64,000 bases of DNA from Candidatus Buchananbacteria bacterium (GTDB lineage: Bacteria; Patescibacteriota; Patescibacteriia; 2-01-FULL-39-33). Of the stretch, positions 8,979-17,497 are shown one piece after another; position 1 is the first letter of the stretch, and the number at the start of each line of letters is the position of its first letter. The notes beneath the pieces were generated by a model, which worked only from the letters and a program-made list of their open reading frames with translations, had not been told where the DNA came from and ran no database searches. The stretch spans positions 5,048-69,047 of the forward strand of contig CAIOLF010000024.1 in the NCBI GenBank assembly GCA_903859075.1, read 5' to 3'. The position numbers were made by a program, and so were the translations under genes.

Positions 8979-9377
8979 ATGAAAGGATTTAACGCTAACA
9001 TTGAGAAAGAAACATTGGAAAACAGCAATTTCCGCAAAGTGCTCTACACTGCCAAGCACAGCCAGTTAGTGCTGATGAGCTTGAAGCCGCTGGAAGAAAT
9101 CGGCCGGGAGGCGCATACCGACAATGACCAATTTTTCCGCTTTGAAAAAGGACAAGGCAAATGCATTATTGACGGCAATGAGTATGCCGTCACCGACGGC
9201 TCGGCCATAGTCGTGCCGGCGGGAGCCCAGCACAATGTCATCAATATCTCCGAGACCGACGACCTAAAACTCTACACCATTTACTCCCCCGCTCACCACC
9301 AAGACGGCATCGTCCGCGCGACCAAAGCTGAGGCCGAGGCCGACGGACCGGAATTTGACGGAGTGACTACTGAATAA
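8979..9377 (+). CDS. cupin-domain protein
   Basis: small beta-barrel cupin pattern (..GQGKCIIDGNEYAVTDGSAIVVPAGAQHNVIN..). Confidence 0.5.
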   Translation: MKGFNANIEKETLENSNFRKVLYTAKHSQLVLMSLKPLEEIGREAHTDNDQFFRFEKGQGKCIIDGNEYAVTDGSAIVVPAGAQHNVINISETDDLKLYTIYSPAHHQDGIVRATKAEAEADGPEFDGVTTE

Positions 9378-9391
9378 ATTTTTTAACTTAA

Positions 9392-9434
9392 ACCGTCCCC
9401 GCTGTTCGCGAGCAGCGGGGACGGTTTTTTTTAA
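9392..9434. terminator. bidirectional Rho-independent terminator
   Basis: accgtccccgctg-ttcgcgag-cagcggggacggt stem followed by T8, with an A-run on the other side. Confidence 0.7.
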
Positions 9435-9491
9435 TTATTGCTTTTTATAAAATAAAAAAACGCGCCGATCTCTTACCGATCAACGCGTTAG

Positions 9492-11339
9492 CTAATGAAC
9501 GCTCGCAACCCCGCTGGCTGCACTGGCGGTCCTGAACTTCTCCAACACGCGCTTGGAACAGAAGCTCCGCAATCCCTCCGCTGGCGGTTTTGCCGGCAGC
9601 ACCTCCAGCATCGTGGCAAATGTCCAGAAAGTCAGCTCCGGACGATTCGGCGCTTGGCGTCCGGCTGTCCTCTCACCGTCAATGATTCGGCCGGCAAGCT
9701 GCTCTGTAAATTTGCCATTGAAACGGTAGAGCGCGCCGATCACTTTCTCATCATCCAGCATCGCTGAAGTGACCTCTCCTTGAATGGAGTAGATCATACT
9801 AGCGGCCTTGACGGCCTGGGGGATACCGCCAAAATGCCTCCCCGCTGCTTCTAACAAGTCGAGGTTCTCACTACCGGACTCGGTCACCAGGCCCGACTCA
9901 AAACAGCTCATCAGATACTTAATGACATCGCTACCGCTTCGCAAGCCAGCCGCTTCGGTTGCGACAGAGGCGATTCCTGCCCGTTCCAGAAACTGCTTCC
10001 AGGAATCAAAGTGGCGAATAGCCGCGAAGAACAGCCATTGCGAGAGGGGACTCTTTTTGGCGTCCTGCGCCGTCAAGCTAATCCCTCGCGCCTCCAGGTC
10101 TTTGGCCGCTTGGATTAACCGCTGCAAGCTATGGCTAAGGAACTTACTGATCTGATCGGCGGGTAGTCCCGCTTCTTGCAGTACTTTGCCCCAATCGCCG
10201 AACTCACGCATGGCACGCATATAGATTACATGCGATTGCTCGTCGCCATACTGCGTCATCCCGGCGGGACTCAAGTCCCAACCCCGCCGATCTAGGGCCC
10301 TAATCTTCTTTAGCACTTTCGCGATGGATACCAACTTGCTGGCGAGATAAACCTCACGCGGATTAAGGCCGGACTTTAGCAATGCTTCATTCCACCTGCC
10401 GGGAAATAACCGATAACCGGCATGGTACAGATCGCTGTGCTTCGTGGAGATGTAACCGGAATTAACGGGCTCGCCGCTTTCATGGAGCCGAACGATCCAG
10501 TCAATAACTCTCTCCGGAGTCCAATAACCTTTTTTTCTCTGGCAGAGTCCAAAGTAATCCACGCCAATTAGCTCAACCGGCTCCCTCCAGCCATTGTCAA
10601 ACTTCTTCGTAGCCGCATTATACACATCGCTATGCGATCCTTCCTGGATCGCAGTTGAATTCAGGTCTTGGCCATGAATATGGAGTTCGATAACCTTCAG
10701 CAGAATCTCCTTCTTGTTCATCGGTTTGCCAGTCAAACGGACCTCATCAGGGTCAAATCCCGCATACCTCAACGCGTCGTCATAACAATTATTGAAGTGG
10801 TGCAGGCAGGCCTTATACAATGACGGATCGTCATCCTTAACCGCGGAGACGTTGATCGGTTTATGCGCCTTGTTCCTAGCGATCAGTTCCCGCTTGACTT
10901 TCTCTTTGTCCCAAAGTCTCTGGCGGATGATTTCCTCTACTGGTAGCTTGGCCGCCCGCAGAGCATTATGCCAGAAAAAACGTCCCGAAAATGCATACTT
11001 GGCGCGATCACGAAGCCCGCGATTCGGATTGCCCTTGGCTTGAATGGCACTGCCGCTCAGATCAATCCCGTCGGCATAAGCCTTAGCCAAATCGGCTAAA
11101 AGCTTTTGCTTGCGTTTCTTGCGCCGCGGACCCTCCACTTTTTGCTTGACGATTTCTTGTGACAGGCCAACCTCTTCAAGCATTTCGTTCCAATCAGAGA
11201 AATAATGGCGGCCGGAACGCTCCAGCCAGCGATTTTTTCCTCTGGTAACGCCGCTATAGCGCAAATCATCTCCCCTTTTCCAAGCTTTCCTTATTCCTTC
11301 CAAGATCTCGTCCCTGGAAGGTTTTTTGCCTCTGGGCAT
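9492..11339 (-). CDS. hypothetical protein built from about 8 tandem degenerate ~55-60-aa repeats with a Lys/Arg-rich N-terminus
   Basis: recurrent module ending F-x-x-W-x-x-(A/L)-L-x-x-A-G-(L/F/I) (YFSDWNEMLEEVGL, FFWHNALRAAKL, CYDDALRYAGF, RWNEALLKSGL, FGDWGKVLQEAGL, FDSWKQFLERAGI); last gene of the dnaG-rpoD transcription unit. Confidence 0.5.
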   Translation of the reverse strand: MPRGKKPSRDEILEGIRKAWKRGDDLRYSGVTRGKNRWLERSGRHYFSDWNEMLEEVGLSQEIVKQKVEGPRRKKRKQKLLADLAKAYADGIDLSGSAIQAKGNPNRGLRDRAKYAFSGRFFWHNALRAAKLPVEEIIRQRLWDKEKVKRELIARNKAHKPINVSAVKDDDPSLYKACLHHFNNCYDDALRYAGFDPDEVRLTGKPMNKKEILLKVIELHIHGQDLNSTAIQEGSHSDVYNAATKKFDNGWREPVELIGVDYFGLCQRKKGYWTPERVIDWIVRLHESGEPVNSGYISTKHSDLYHAGYRLFPGRWNEALLKSGLNPREVYLASKLVSIAKVLKKIRALDRRGWDLSPAGMTQYGDEQSHVIYMRAMREFGDWGKVLQEAGLPADQISKFLSHSLQRLIQAAKDLEARGISLTAQDAKKSPLSQWLFFAAIRHFDSWKQFLERAGIASVATEAAGLRSGSDVIKYLMSCFESGLVTESGSENLDLLEAAGRHFGGIPQAVKAASMIYSIQGEVTSAMLDDEKVIGALYRFNGKFTEQLAGRIIDGERTAGRQAPNRPELTFWTFATMLEVLPAKPPAEGLRSFCSKRVLEKFRTASAASGVASVH

Positions 11340-11539
11340 AGTTTTATCCTCCTTCCTCGGTTAGAATCCCGGTGTAAATTGGAACATCTGTTGAAATGAA
11401 CTAAACCGCATTATATTATAATTTATGATTTACGTCAATTCTACCGCAGTAGCTATTATTAAATTTATAAAATAAAACTTGCTAGTTATAATAAAACAGC
11501 CCCGCTTATGGCGGGGTTGTTTTTATAAAGAAGAATACT

Positions 11540-12847
11540 TTAATAATCCCTCAGCTTTTCTGATCCCTTAATTTTTTCAATCTTCTCCAGCGCTTTGGCT
11601 TCAATTTGGCGGATGCGCTCGCGAGTAACATCAAACTCTTTGCCGACTTCTTCCAAGGTATGCGCTACTCCGTCTTTCAAGCCAAATCGCATCTCCAGCA
11701 CCTTTTGCTCGCGCGGCGTCAGCTCGGAAATCACGTTGCGCACGTAGTCGCGCAAAATCTGCAAAGCGGCGGCGCGATCCGGCGTCATGGTCTTTTGATC
11801 TTCAATAAAATCCTCCAAGATGCTGTCCTCGCTGTCATCGCCCACCGGCGTGCCGAGAGAAATTGTTTCTTGCGAAATCTTAATGATATGATTGACCTTT
11901 TCTAATTCCTCACCCATTTCCGCGGCCACTTCTTCCGGCAACGGCTCGCGTCCGAGATCCTGCACTAGGCGACGCTCGACTTGCTGGAACTTATTGATAT
12001 TTTCCACCATATGCACGGGAATGCGGATAGTACGTGATTGATCAGCCAGTGACCGGGTGATGGCTTGGCGGATCCACCAAGTGGCATAAGTGGAAAATTT
12101 ATAACCCTTGCGATAATCGAATTTATCCACGCCGCGGAACAAACCGATATTCCCTTCTTGAATCAGGTCCAAGAGCGACAGATTCTTGCCAGTGAATTTC
12201 TTGGCAATGGATACTACTAAGCGCAAATTGGCTTTGATCAATCTCTGCCGGGCATCATGATCGCCTTTTTCAATCCGCTTGGCCAGAGAAACCTCCTCTT
12301 CAGTATTTAGAAGCGGCACTTTGCCGATTTCGCGCAAATACATCTGAATGGAGTCGGCGCTGATATCGCCCAGTTCAATATTTTCAGAAAGCTTGATGGC
12401 TGAAGTCCTACGCCCGCCAGTTGCCGGCTTTTCCGGCTCCGGCTGTTTCATGAGTAGGCTGGGAGCATCGGTAATTCTGATATTGTTTAAAGTAAATTCA
12501 TCCAGCAGCTCTTCGTATCGTTCTACATATTCTTCCAGTTCCGGGAAAAGCAAAACTAATTCTTTCTCAATGACAAAACTGCGCAATCTCCCCTTCTTGA
12601 TGAGGGATCGAATTGCTTCTTCATTGGGAAGCTGGACCTGCCTGGGTTCAGGCGCGATCTTGGCTAGTTTCCTTTTGGATGCCGCTTTTTTTGTAATCGC
12701 CTTGGCCTTTTTTTGTTTGGCCGGTTTTTTGGACGATTGAGTTTTTTTGGTTTTTTTGGCGGGTAAAGTTTTTTTGCCAGATCTGGCGGCCACTTTGGCC
12801 TTTTTGCTTTTTTCCTTTTTAGTTTTGCCTTTGACTGTCTTCTTCAT
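11540..12847 (-). CDS. rpoD: RNA polymerase sigma factor RpoD (sigma70) with a Lys-rich N-terminal extension
   Basis: region 2 [38 protein letters not shown]; region 4 at the C-terminus; about 70-aa KKxK-rich N-terminus. Confidence 0.9.
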   Translation of the reverse strand: MKKTVKGKTKKEKSKKAKVAARSGKKTLPAKKTKKTQSSKKPAKQKKAKAITKKAASKRKLAKIAPEPRQVQLPNEEAIRSLIKKGRLRSFVIEKELVLLFPELEEYVERYEELLDEFTLNNIRITDAPSLLMKQPEPEKPATGGRRTSAIKLSENIELGDISADSIQMYLREIGKVPLLNTEEEVSLAKRIEKGDHDARQRLIKANLRLVVSIAKKFTGKNLSLLDLIQEGNIGLFRGVDKFDYRKGYKFSTYATWWIRQAITRSLADQSRTIRIPVHMVENINKFQQVERRLVQDLGREPLPEEVAAEMGEELEKVNHIIKISQETISLGTPVGDDSEDSILEDFIEDQKTMTPDRAAALQILRDYVRNVISELTPREQKVLEMRFGLKDGVAHTLEEVGKEFDVTRERIRQIEAKALEKIEKIKGSEKLRDY

Positions 12848-12876
12848 TTAACTAAAAAGCACTACATTTAATTTAA

Positions 12877-14703
12877 TTAAGTTAATTTATTTTTTTGACT
12901 GATTAAATCGCTCAGCCGGCCATAAATTTCTTTAATCTTATCAGCATCTTTATTTTTTTCGGCCAGGGCCAGTTCATCTTTAGACTGATTAATCTTCTTA
13001 TTGATAAAAGCCAAGTGCAAGGCGCGTATTAAATTATCCAGCTCCGTCTTAATCTCTCGATCCTCTAGGCTGGGAAACTCCTCTTGCGCCAGCAAGTAGC
13101 TATCTGACCAGTAACTGAGCAAATATGCCTCATTTTCCTGGGTTTTTAACCATTTATCAAATTCTACAAATAAATCAATACCTGAGTTATCCACAGCCGT
13201 AGAATTCAATAGGTCAACGTTGTTATTATAAAATAATACTAACTTTTTGTAAATAGTTCTGGGCAAGTCTTGACTGACCGCCTCGGCCGAAAGATTGTCA
13301 ATAAAATGAGACAAAAATTGAGGTCGGATAATCAGCAAAGAAAGCAAACGCTGAAAAATAGCCGTCTCCCAATCAACTAGGAGCGGCTTTACTTCTGCTT
13401 TAGCGGCCGCTTCCGCCACTTTTCGCACCTTAAGCGGGCGCAGCCGGCCATAGGCCTCACGCAGCAACGGCTCGCTCAGGGAAAGATCCTGGGCCACCCG
13501 CTTAATCCAAAAATCCCTGTCGACCTCGCTGCCAAGACGGGAAATTTTTTCCAGCATGAATTTCACTATGGTCTTGCGGTCGGCGGAGTCGCTCGGATCT
13601 TTGCCGGCCCGCGCTTCATTAAAAAAATATTCCATCGCTTCCTGGGACTCACCAATGGCCCGCACCCAATCATCAGGGTTATTTTTGACGCACTCACCCG
13701 GATCTTTGCCGTATGGCACGCTGATTACCCGGACATTCATCTCTAGCTGCAGCGCCAGATCAATGCTACGCAAGGCGGCTACCTTGCCCGCTTCATCTTG
13801 ATCAAGGGCAATCGCCAGATTCGGGGAATATCTTTTTAGAATTCTAATCTGATTATCGGTCAGCGCCGTCCCGGAAATGGATACGACATTTTTTATTCCC
13901 GCCTGATGCGAAGGAATCACATCCATGTAGCCCTCGACCAGAATAGTCAGATCGGCTTTCTTGATTTCCCGCTTCGCCTGATACAGGCCGTAAAGCACTT
14001 CGCTCTTATTGTAAATTTCCGATTGCGGCGTGTTAATATATTTGGCCGCTTCATCACTGCCGAGCGCCCGGCCGCCAAAGCCGACTATCCGGCCATGATA
14101 ATCCCAAATAGGAAACATCAGCCGATCGCGGAAACGGTCATAATAACCGCCTTGATTTTTGCGCACGATCAACCCGGCGGCGGCAATCTCTTTTTCGCTA
14201 TAACCGCGTCTTAGCAAGAATTGCAGCAGATTATCCCAGCAGTCAATGGCATAACCGATTTTAAAATCATCAACGGTCTCTTCTAACAGTCCGCGGCTGA
14301 CAAGATACTGACGCACCTCGGCGGCGCGCGACGAATCCAGCAATACCTTATGCCAATAATTGGCGGCCAGCTGGCAGAGATCATAGAGACGATTTTTACC
14401 GGTGCTTACCTCTTGCTGATAAGTAGACAAGGTGACTCCCGTGCGCTGGGCCAGTACCTTAAGCGCTTCCGGAAAAGGAATATTTTCAGTCTTCATCAAA
14501 AATTCAAGAGCGTCGCCGCCTTCGCCGCAGCCAAAACAGCGCCAAATCCCCCTCTCTCTGTTGACCATGAAAGAAGGGGTCTTTTCATTATGGAAAGGAC
14601 AATTCGCCTTAAAGTTGGTGCCGGCCGGCGTCAACCTTAAGTATTCTGAAATAAATTCCACAATGTCCAGCTTTGATTTAATCTCATCTATCTCACTGCT
14701 CAT
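12877..14703 (-). CDS. dnaG: DNA primase DnaG
   Basis: zinc-binding CPFHNEKTPSFMVNRERGIWRCFGCGEGGDALEF; TOPRIM region EGYMDV; dnaG-rpoD synteny. Confidence 0.9.
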   Translation of the reverse strand: MSSEIDEIKSKLDIVEFISEYLRLTPAGTNFKANCPFHNEKTPSFMVNRERGIWRCFGCGEGGDALEFLMKTENIPFPEALKVLAQRTGVTLSTYQQEVSTGKNRLYDLCQLAANYWHKVLLDSSRAAEVRQYLVSRGLLEETVDDFKIGYAIDCWDNLLQFLLRRGYSEKEIAAAGLIVRKNQGGYYDRFRDRLMFPIWDYHGRIVGFGGRALGSDEAAKYINTPQSEIYNKSEVLYGLYQAKREIKKADLTILVEGYMDVIPSHQAGIKNVVSISGTALTDNQIRILKRYSPNLAIALDQDEAGKVAALRSIDLALQLEMNVRVISVPYGKDPGECVKNNPDDWVRAIGESQEAMEYFFNEARAGKDPSDSADRKTIVKFMLEKISRLGSEVDRDFWIKRVAQDLSLSEPLLREAYGRLRPLKVRKVAEAAAKAEVKPLLVDWETAIFQRLLSLLIIRPQFLSHFIDNLSAEAVSQDLPRTIYKKLVLFYNNNVDLLNSTAVDNSGIDLFVEFDKWLKTQENEAYLLSYWSDSYLLAQEEFPSLEDREIKTELDNLIRALHLAFINKKINQSKDELALAEKNKDADKIKEIYGRLSDLISQKNKLT

Positions 14704-14834
14704 AATTAGTTTATTGGCTAAATCTCCTCTATCTTAACACCCTCATGGCGTAAAAGCAACTTCTATTTTGCCGGCCAGTAAATTGCCGTAAAAATAAAAA
14801 ATACCCGGAATTTACTCCGGGTATTTGGTAAATA

Positions 14835-15737
14835 TTACTGCGCAGAAATATTCTGCAATGCTTGCAAGGCCTTGACGGCGTCGCCTGGGCGTCCTAAATA
14901 ATATCTTTTAAGATCTTTCGGATTAACATACCAGGCCTCTTTCTTACCGTCGATCTGAATCAAGATCTTGCCTGAGTTAGCCCTGGCAAAATTTTCATCA
15001 AGGGGCGATTTGCCTGTTCCGACCGGGTTGTATCCGGCCAAAATTTCCATTTTGTCATTGTAGCCGTTGCCGTTAGTGTCGGCTTTAGCCGGGTTAGTGC
15101 CTAAAGCGGCTTCTACCGTATCGGACAAGCCATCCTTGTCAGTATCTGTTCCGTTACCTAAATTATAATCAGCAATTTTTATCTTATAAAAATCCTTGTT
15201 AGAAGTGCCGATACCCAATTGCACTAAGGTATTAAAAACATTGGCATTATCCACGCCCAGATCGTTACGGAACTGCTGGTAACCTTGAAGAGACTGGGCC
15301 TGAGTATTAATGGTCTTCTGATATTCCTCGGTCTTTTGGGTTAGGGCCTTCTGGCCTTCGGTCAGCTGAGTAATCTGATTTTGCGCATCGGAAATCTGGC
15401 CCTGATACTGACTAATCTCGCTCTTGGACTGGGACAATTGCCCTTGACTATCGGAAAGAGTCTTCTTGGTCGTGTCCAGTTCTTGGCGCGCTGTCTCTAA
15501 ATTCTGAGTGACTGCGGCGACTCGCGTCATTAAGGCGGCATTATCAAGATAAATTTTTACCGCGTAAGCGGTCATCCCAATAAAAACAACCGCGATAACT
15601 GCATAGAGCATCCAGCGCTGCCAGCGGCGGAGCTTTACTTCTTTTTTGACTTGAGTCTGATACATCACCGGCGCGCCGCAATTGGGGCAGCTGGTGACAT
15701 TATCCGGAATCTGGCTTTTGCAGTTAAAGCAAACCAT
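14835..15737 (-). CDS. zinc-ribbon membrane protein with a Gln-rich coiled coil and thrombospondin-type-3-like Ca-binding repeats
   Basis: N-terminal CxxC...CPNC zinc ribbon, one TM segment, SQGQLSQSKSEISQYQGQISDAQNQITQ coiled coil, DTDKDGLSDT/DTNGNGYND Asp-rich repeats. Confidence 0.45.
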   Translation of the reverse strand: MVCFNCKSQIPDNVTSCPNCGAPVMYQTQVKKEVKLRRWQRWMLYAVIAVVFIGMTAYAVKIYLDNAALMTRVAAVTQNLETARQELDTTKKTLSDSQGQLSQSKSEISQYQGQISDAQNQITQLTEGQKALTQKTEEYQKTINTQAQSLQGYQQFRNDLGVDNANVFNTLVQLGIGTSNKDFYKIKIADYNLGNGTDTDKDGLSDTVEAALGTNPAKADTNGNGYNDKMEILAGYNPVGTGKSPLDENFARANSGKILIQIDGKKEAWYVNPKDLKRYYLGRPGDAVKALQALQNISAQ

Positions 15738-15833
15738 ATCTTTTTGTTTAATTTAAAACAAGATTTTTACCTTATTTTTATTATAACATAAATTATAAAA
15801 TGACGCTAATACTTAATCAATTAAGGGGATAAG

Positions 15834-16505
15834 TTACCGCCGCGCTTTTCTCTTTGATAACTCCCTGATAACATCGCTGGCAATCCAGCGGGCTGATGGC
15901 GTATCCAACTTTTTTATTTCTTCCGCCAGCTTGATCGTTTTCAGGCGCAATTTCTCGCTGCGGCATTTGCCGATTTCCCTTAGCGCCCAGCTGATGGCTT
16001 TTTTCACGTAGACACGCTCATCAACGGAATATTTTTTTAGCAACGGAAAATATTTTTCAAAAAAACTATCCGGCAACTTTTTATTTTTTACTGCCAGCGC
16101 GGCCAAAAGGACTATCCCTGCCCGGCGCACGAATTCACGCTTATCCTTGCTCCACTTATTTATCTTTATTTCCGGCTTAGCTATCCGCCACAATAGATTG
16201 CCGCAAAGCTGATCATTAGTATCCCATGATTTCAGTTCGCTCACCCACTTATCCAATTGTGCCGCTGTCAGATTATCCGCCTCTGCGATAATTGTCGCCA
16301 AAATCCTCGCTTCATGGATTTTGCTGTCCCAAAGCTGAAGCGCCAATTCAGTATTTTTGCCAATCTGCTTGCCCATGCATCTTATGACCGGGATATTCAC
16401 CCCATATACTTTATCATTGGGCCTAATGCCGAATCGCTTCATTCCTTCGATGTTGCGAGGATTCTTTAATTTTTTAAATCTGGCAATAATTTCATTGTAA
16501 GTCAT
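15834..16505 (-). CDS. DNA alkylation repair enzyme (AlkD/AlkC-like HEAT-repeat glycosylase)
   Basis: 224 aa from internal Met (MTYNEIIARFKKLKNPRN...); HEAT-like repeats matching the AlkD family size and pattern; the longer ORF to 16592 probably overextends. Confidence 0.5.
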   Translation of the reverse strand: MTYNEIIARFKKLKNPRNIEGMKRFGIRPNDKVYGVNIPVIRCMGKQIGKNTELALQLWDSKIHEARILATIIAEADNLTAAQLDKWVSELKSWDTNDQLCGNLLWRIAKPEIKINKWSKDKREFVRRAGIVLLAALAVKNKKLPDSFFEKYFPLLKKYSVDERVYVKKAISWALREIGKCRSEKLRLKTIKLAEEIKKLDTPSARWIASDVIRELSKRKARR

Positions 16506-16635
16506 AAGAAGTGAGCAACTAAAATAATAACGAGATATGCTTTTATTATAGGCTATGGTACTTTTTTGGTCAAAACGACGCAGATGAAACATTGGACAAA
16601 TTATTTTTTTTATAGTAAAATATTTAGGTAAATTT

Positions 16636-16722
16636 GGAGAGTTCGCATAGTGGTCGAGTGCGCTCGCTTGGAAAGCGAGTAGGGTGTCAAAGCCCTCGGG
16701 AGTTCGAATCTCCCACTCTCCG
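16636..16722 (+). tRNA. tRNA-Ser (anticodon GGA)
   Basis: acceptor GGAGAGT/ACTCTCC, anticodon stem CTCGC/GCGAG with loop TTGGAAA, long variable arm, T-arm GGAGTTCGAATCTCC; no encoded CCA. Confidence 0.8.
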
Positions 16723-16726
16723 CAAA

Positions 16727-16757
16727 CAAAAGACGCCCCTCTCGGGACGTCTTTTAT
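16727..16757 (+). terminator. Rho-independent terminator after tRNA-Ser
   Basis: aaagacgcccctctcgggacgtcttttat: stem agacg(cc)c/g(gg)cgtct followed by a T-run. Confidence 0.6.
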
Positions 16758-16775
16758 ATCAGATTCAAACTTATA

Positions 16776-17387
16776 CTATTTAATCACCGCGTCAATCGCC
16801 GCCTTAAGCTCTGCCGCTTCAGCATTCAAGTCTTTCTGCGATTCATGGCCATTACCGACGCGGAAATATTTGCAGCCGATAACAAAGGTCGGGATAGACC
16901 CGGCCGGATTAAATTCTTTATAAACCGCTTGAGCCGCGGCTGGTACGCTGGTTTCCTTTGCGCTTGTCAAAGTATTGTCATTTGTATCTAACTCCCAATG
17001 ATAAGCCACGATCTTGCCGGCTTTGACGTACTGCGAAACAACAGAATCAAAAGTATCTTTTACCCATTGACAATGCGGGCACCAAGTAGTTGAAAAAAGA
17101 TAAACCACCGGCTTGCCGCCCTCTTTACATATCTGGGCGTTTTTCTTTTCAAAAAATGTCTCTACTCCTGGAGCCGTCGGGGAAATCGCTTCCGGACCGC
17201 TGGCCGGTTGATTCTGCGCCTGCTGGTTTTGCTGATTGTTGGACAAATTATTGCTACCGCCTCGATTACCAGTAACCAGTACAATGGCCAGAACTATTAC
17301 GCCGATAACGGCGATAACGGCGATGCCGGCAAAAAGCCCCAACAAAAACTGCTGGTTGCCGCCCGTCGTCTTTTTGTCATCTTCCAT
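16776..17387 (-). CDS. membrane-anchored thioredoxin-fold thiol-disulfide oxidoreductase (DsbA/TlpA-like)
   Basis: CXXC active site STTWCPHCQ; N-terminal TM segment; Gln/Asn-rich linker. Confidence 0.6.
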   Translation of the reverse strand: MEDDKKTTGGNQQFLLGLFAGIAVIAVIGVIVLAIVLVTGNRGGSNNLSNNQQNQQAQNQPASGPEAISPTAPGVETFFEKKNAQICKEGGKPVVYLFSTTWCPHCQWVKDTFDSVVSQYVKAGKIVAYHWELDTNDNTLTSAKETSVPAAAQAVYKEFNPAGSIPTFVIGCKYFRVGNGHESQKDLNAEAAELKAAIDAVIK

Positions 17388-17411
17388 AAAATGTTTATAA
17401 TTATTATTGAT

Positions 17412-17492
17412 CGATACTAATATGCGAATTCATACTAATGATACGAATTGAATTTATTAGTATAATTAGTATCCATTCGCATATTAGTATCG
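17412..17492. repeat. 18-bp perfect inverted repeat (cgatactaatatgcgaat / attcgcatattagtatcg) enclosing an array of five ATACTAAT/ATTAGTAT octamers
   Basis: arms at 17412-17429 and 17475-17492; octamers at 17413, 17432 (forward) and 17456, 17466, 17482 (reverse). Confidence 0.7.
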
Positions 17493-17497
17493 TTTAT

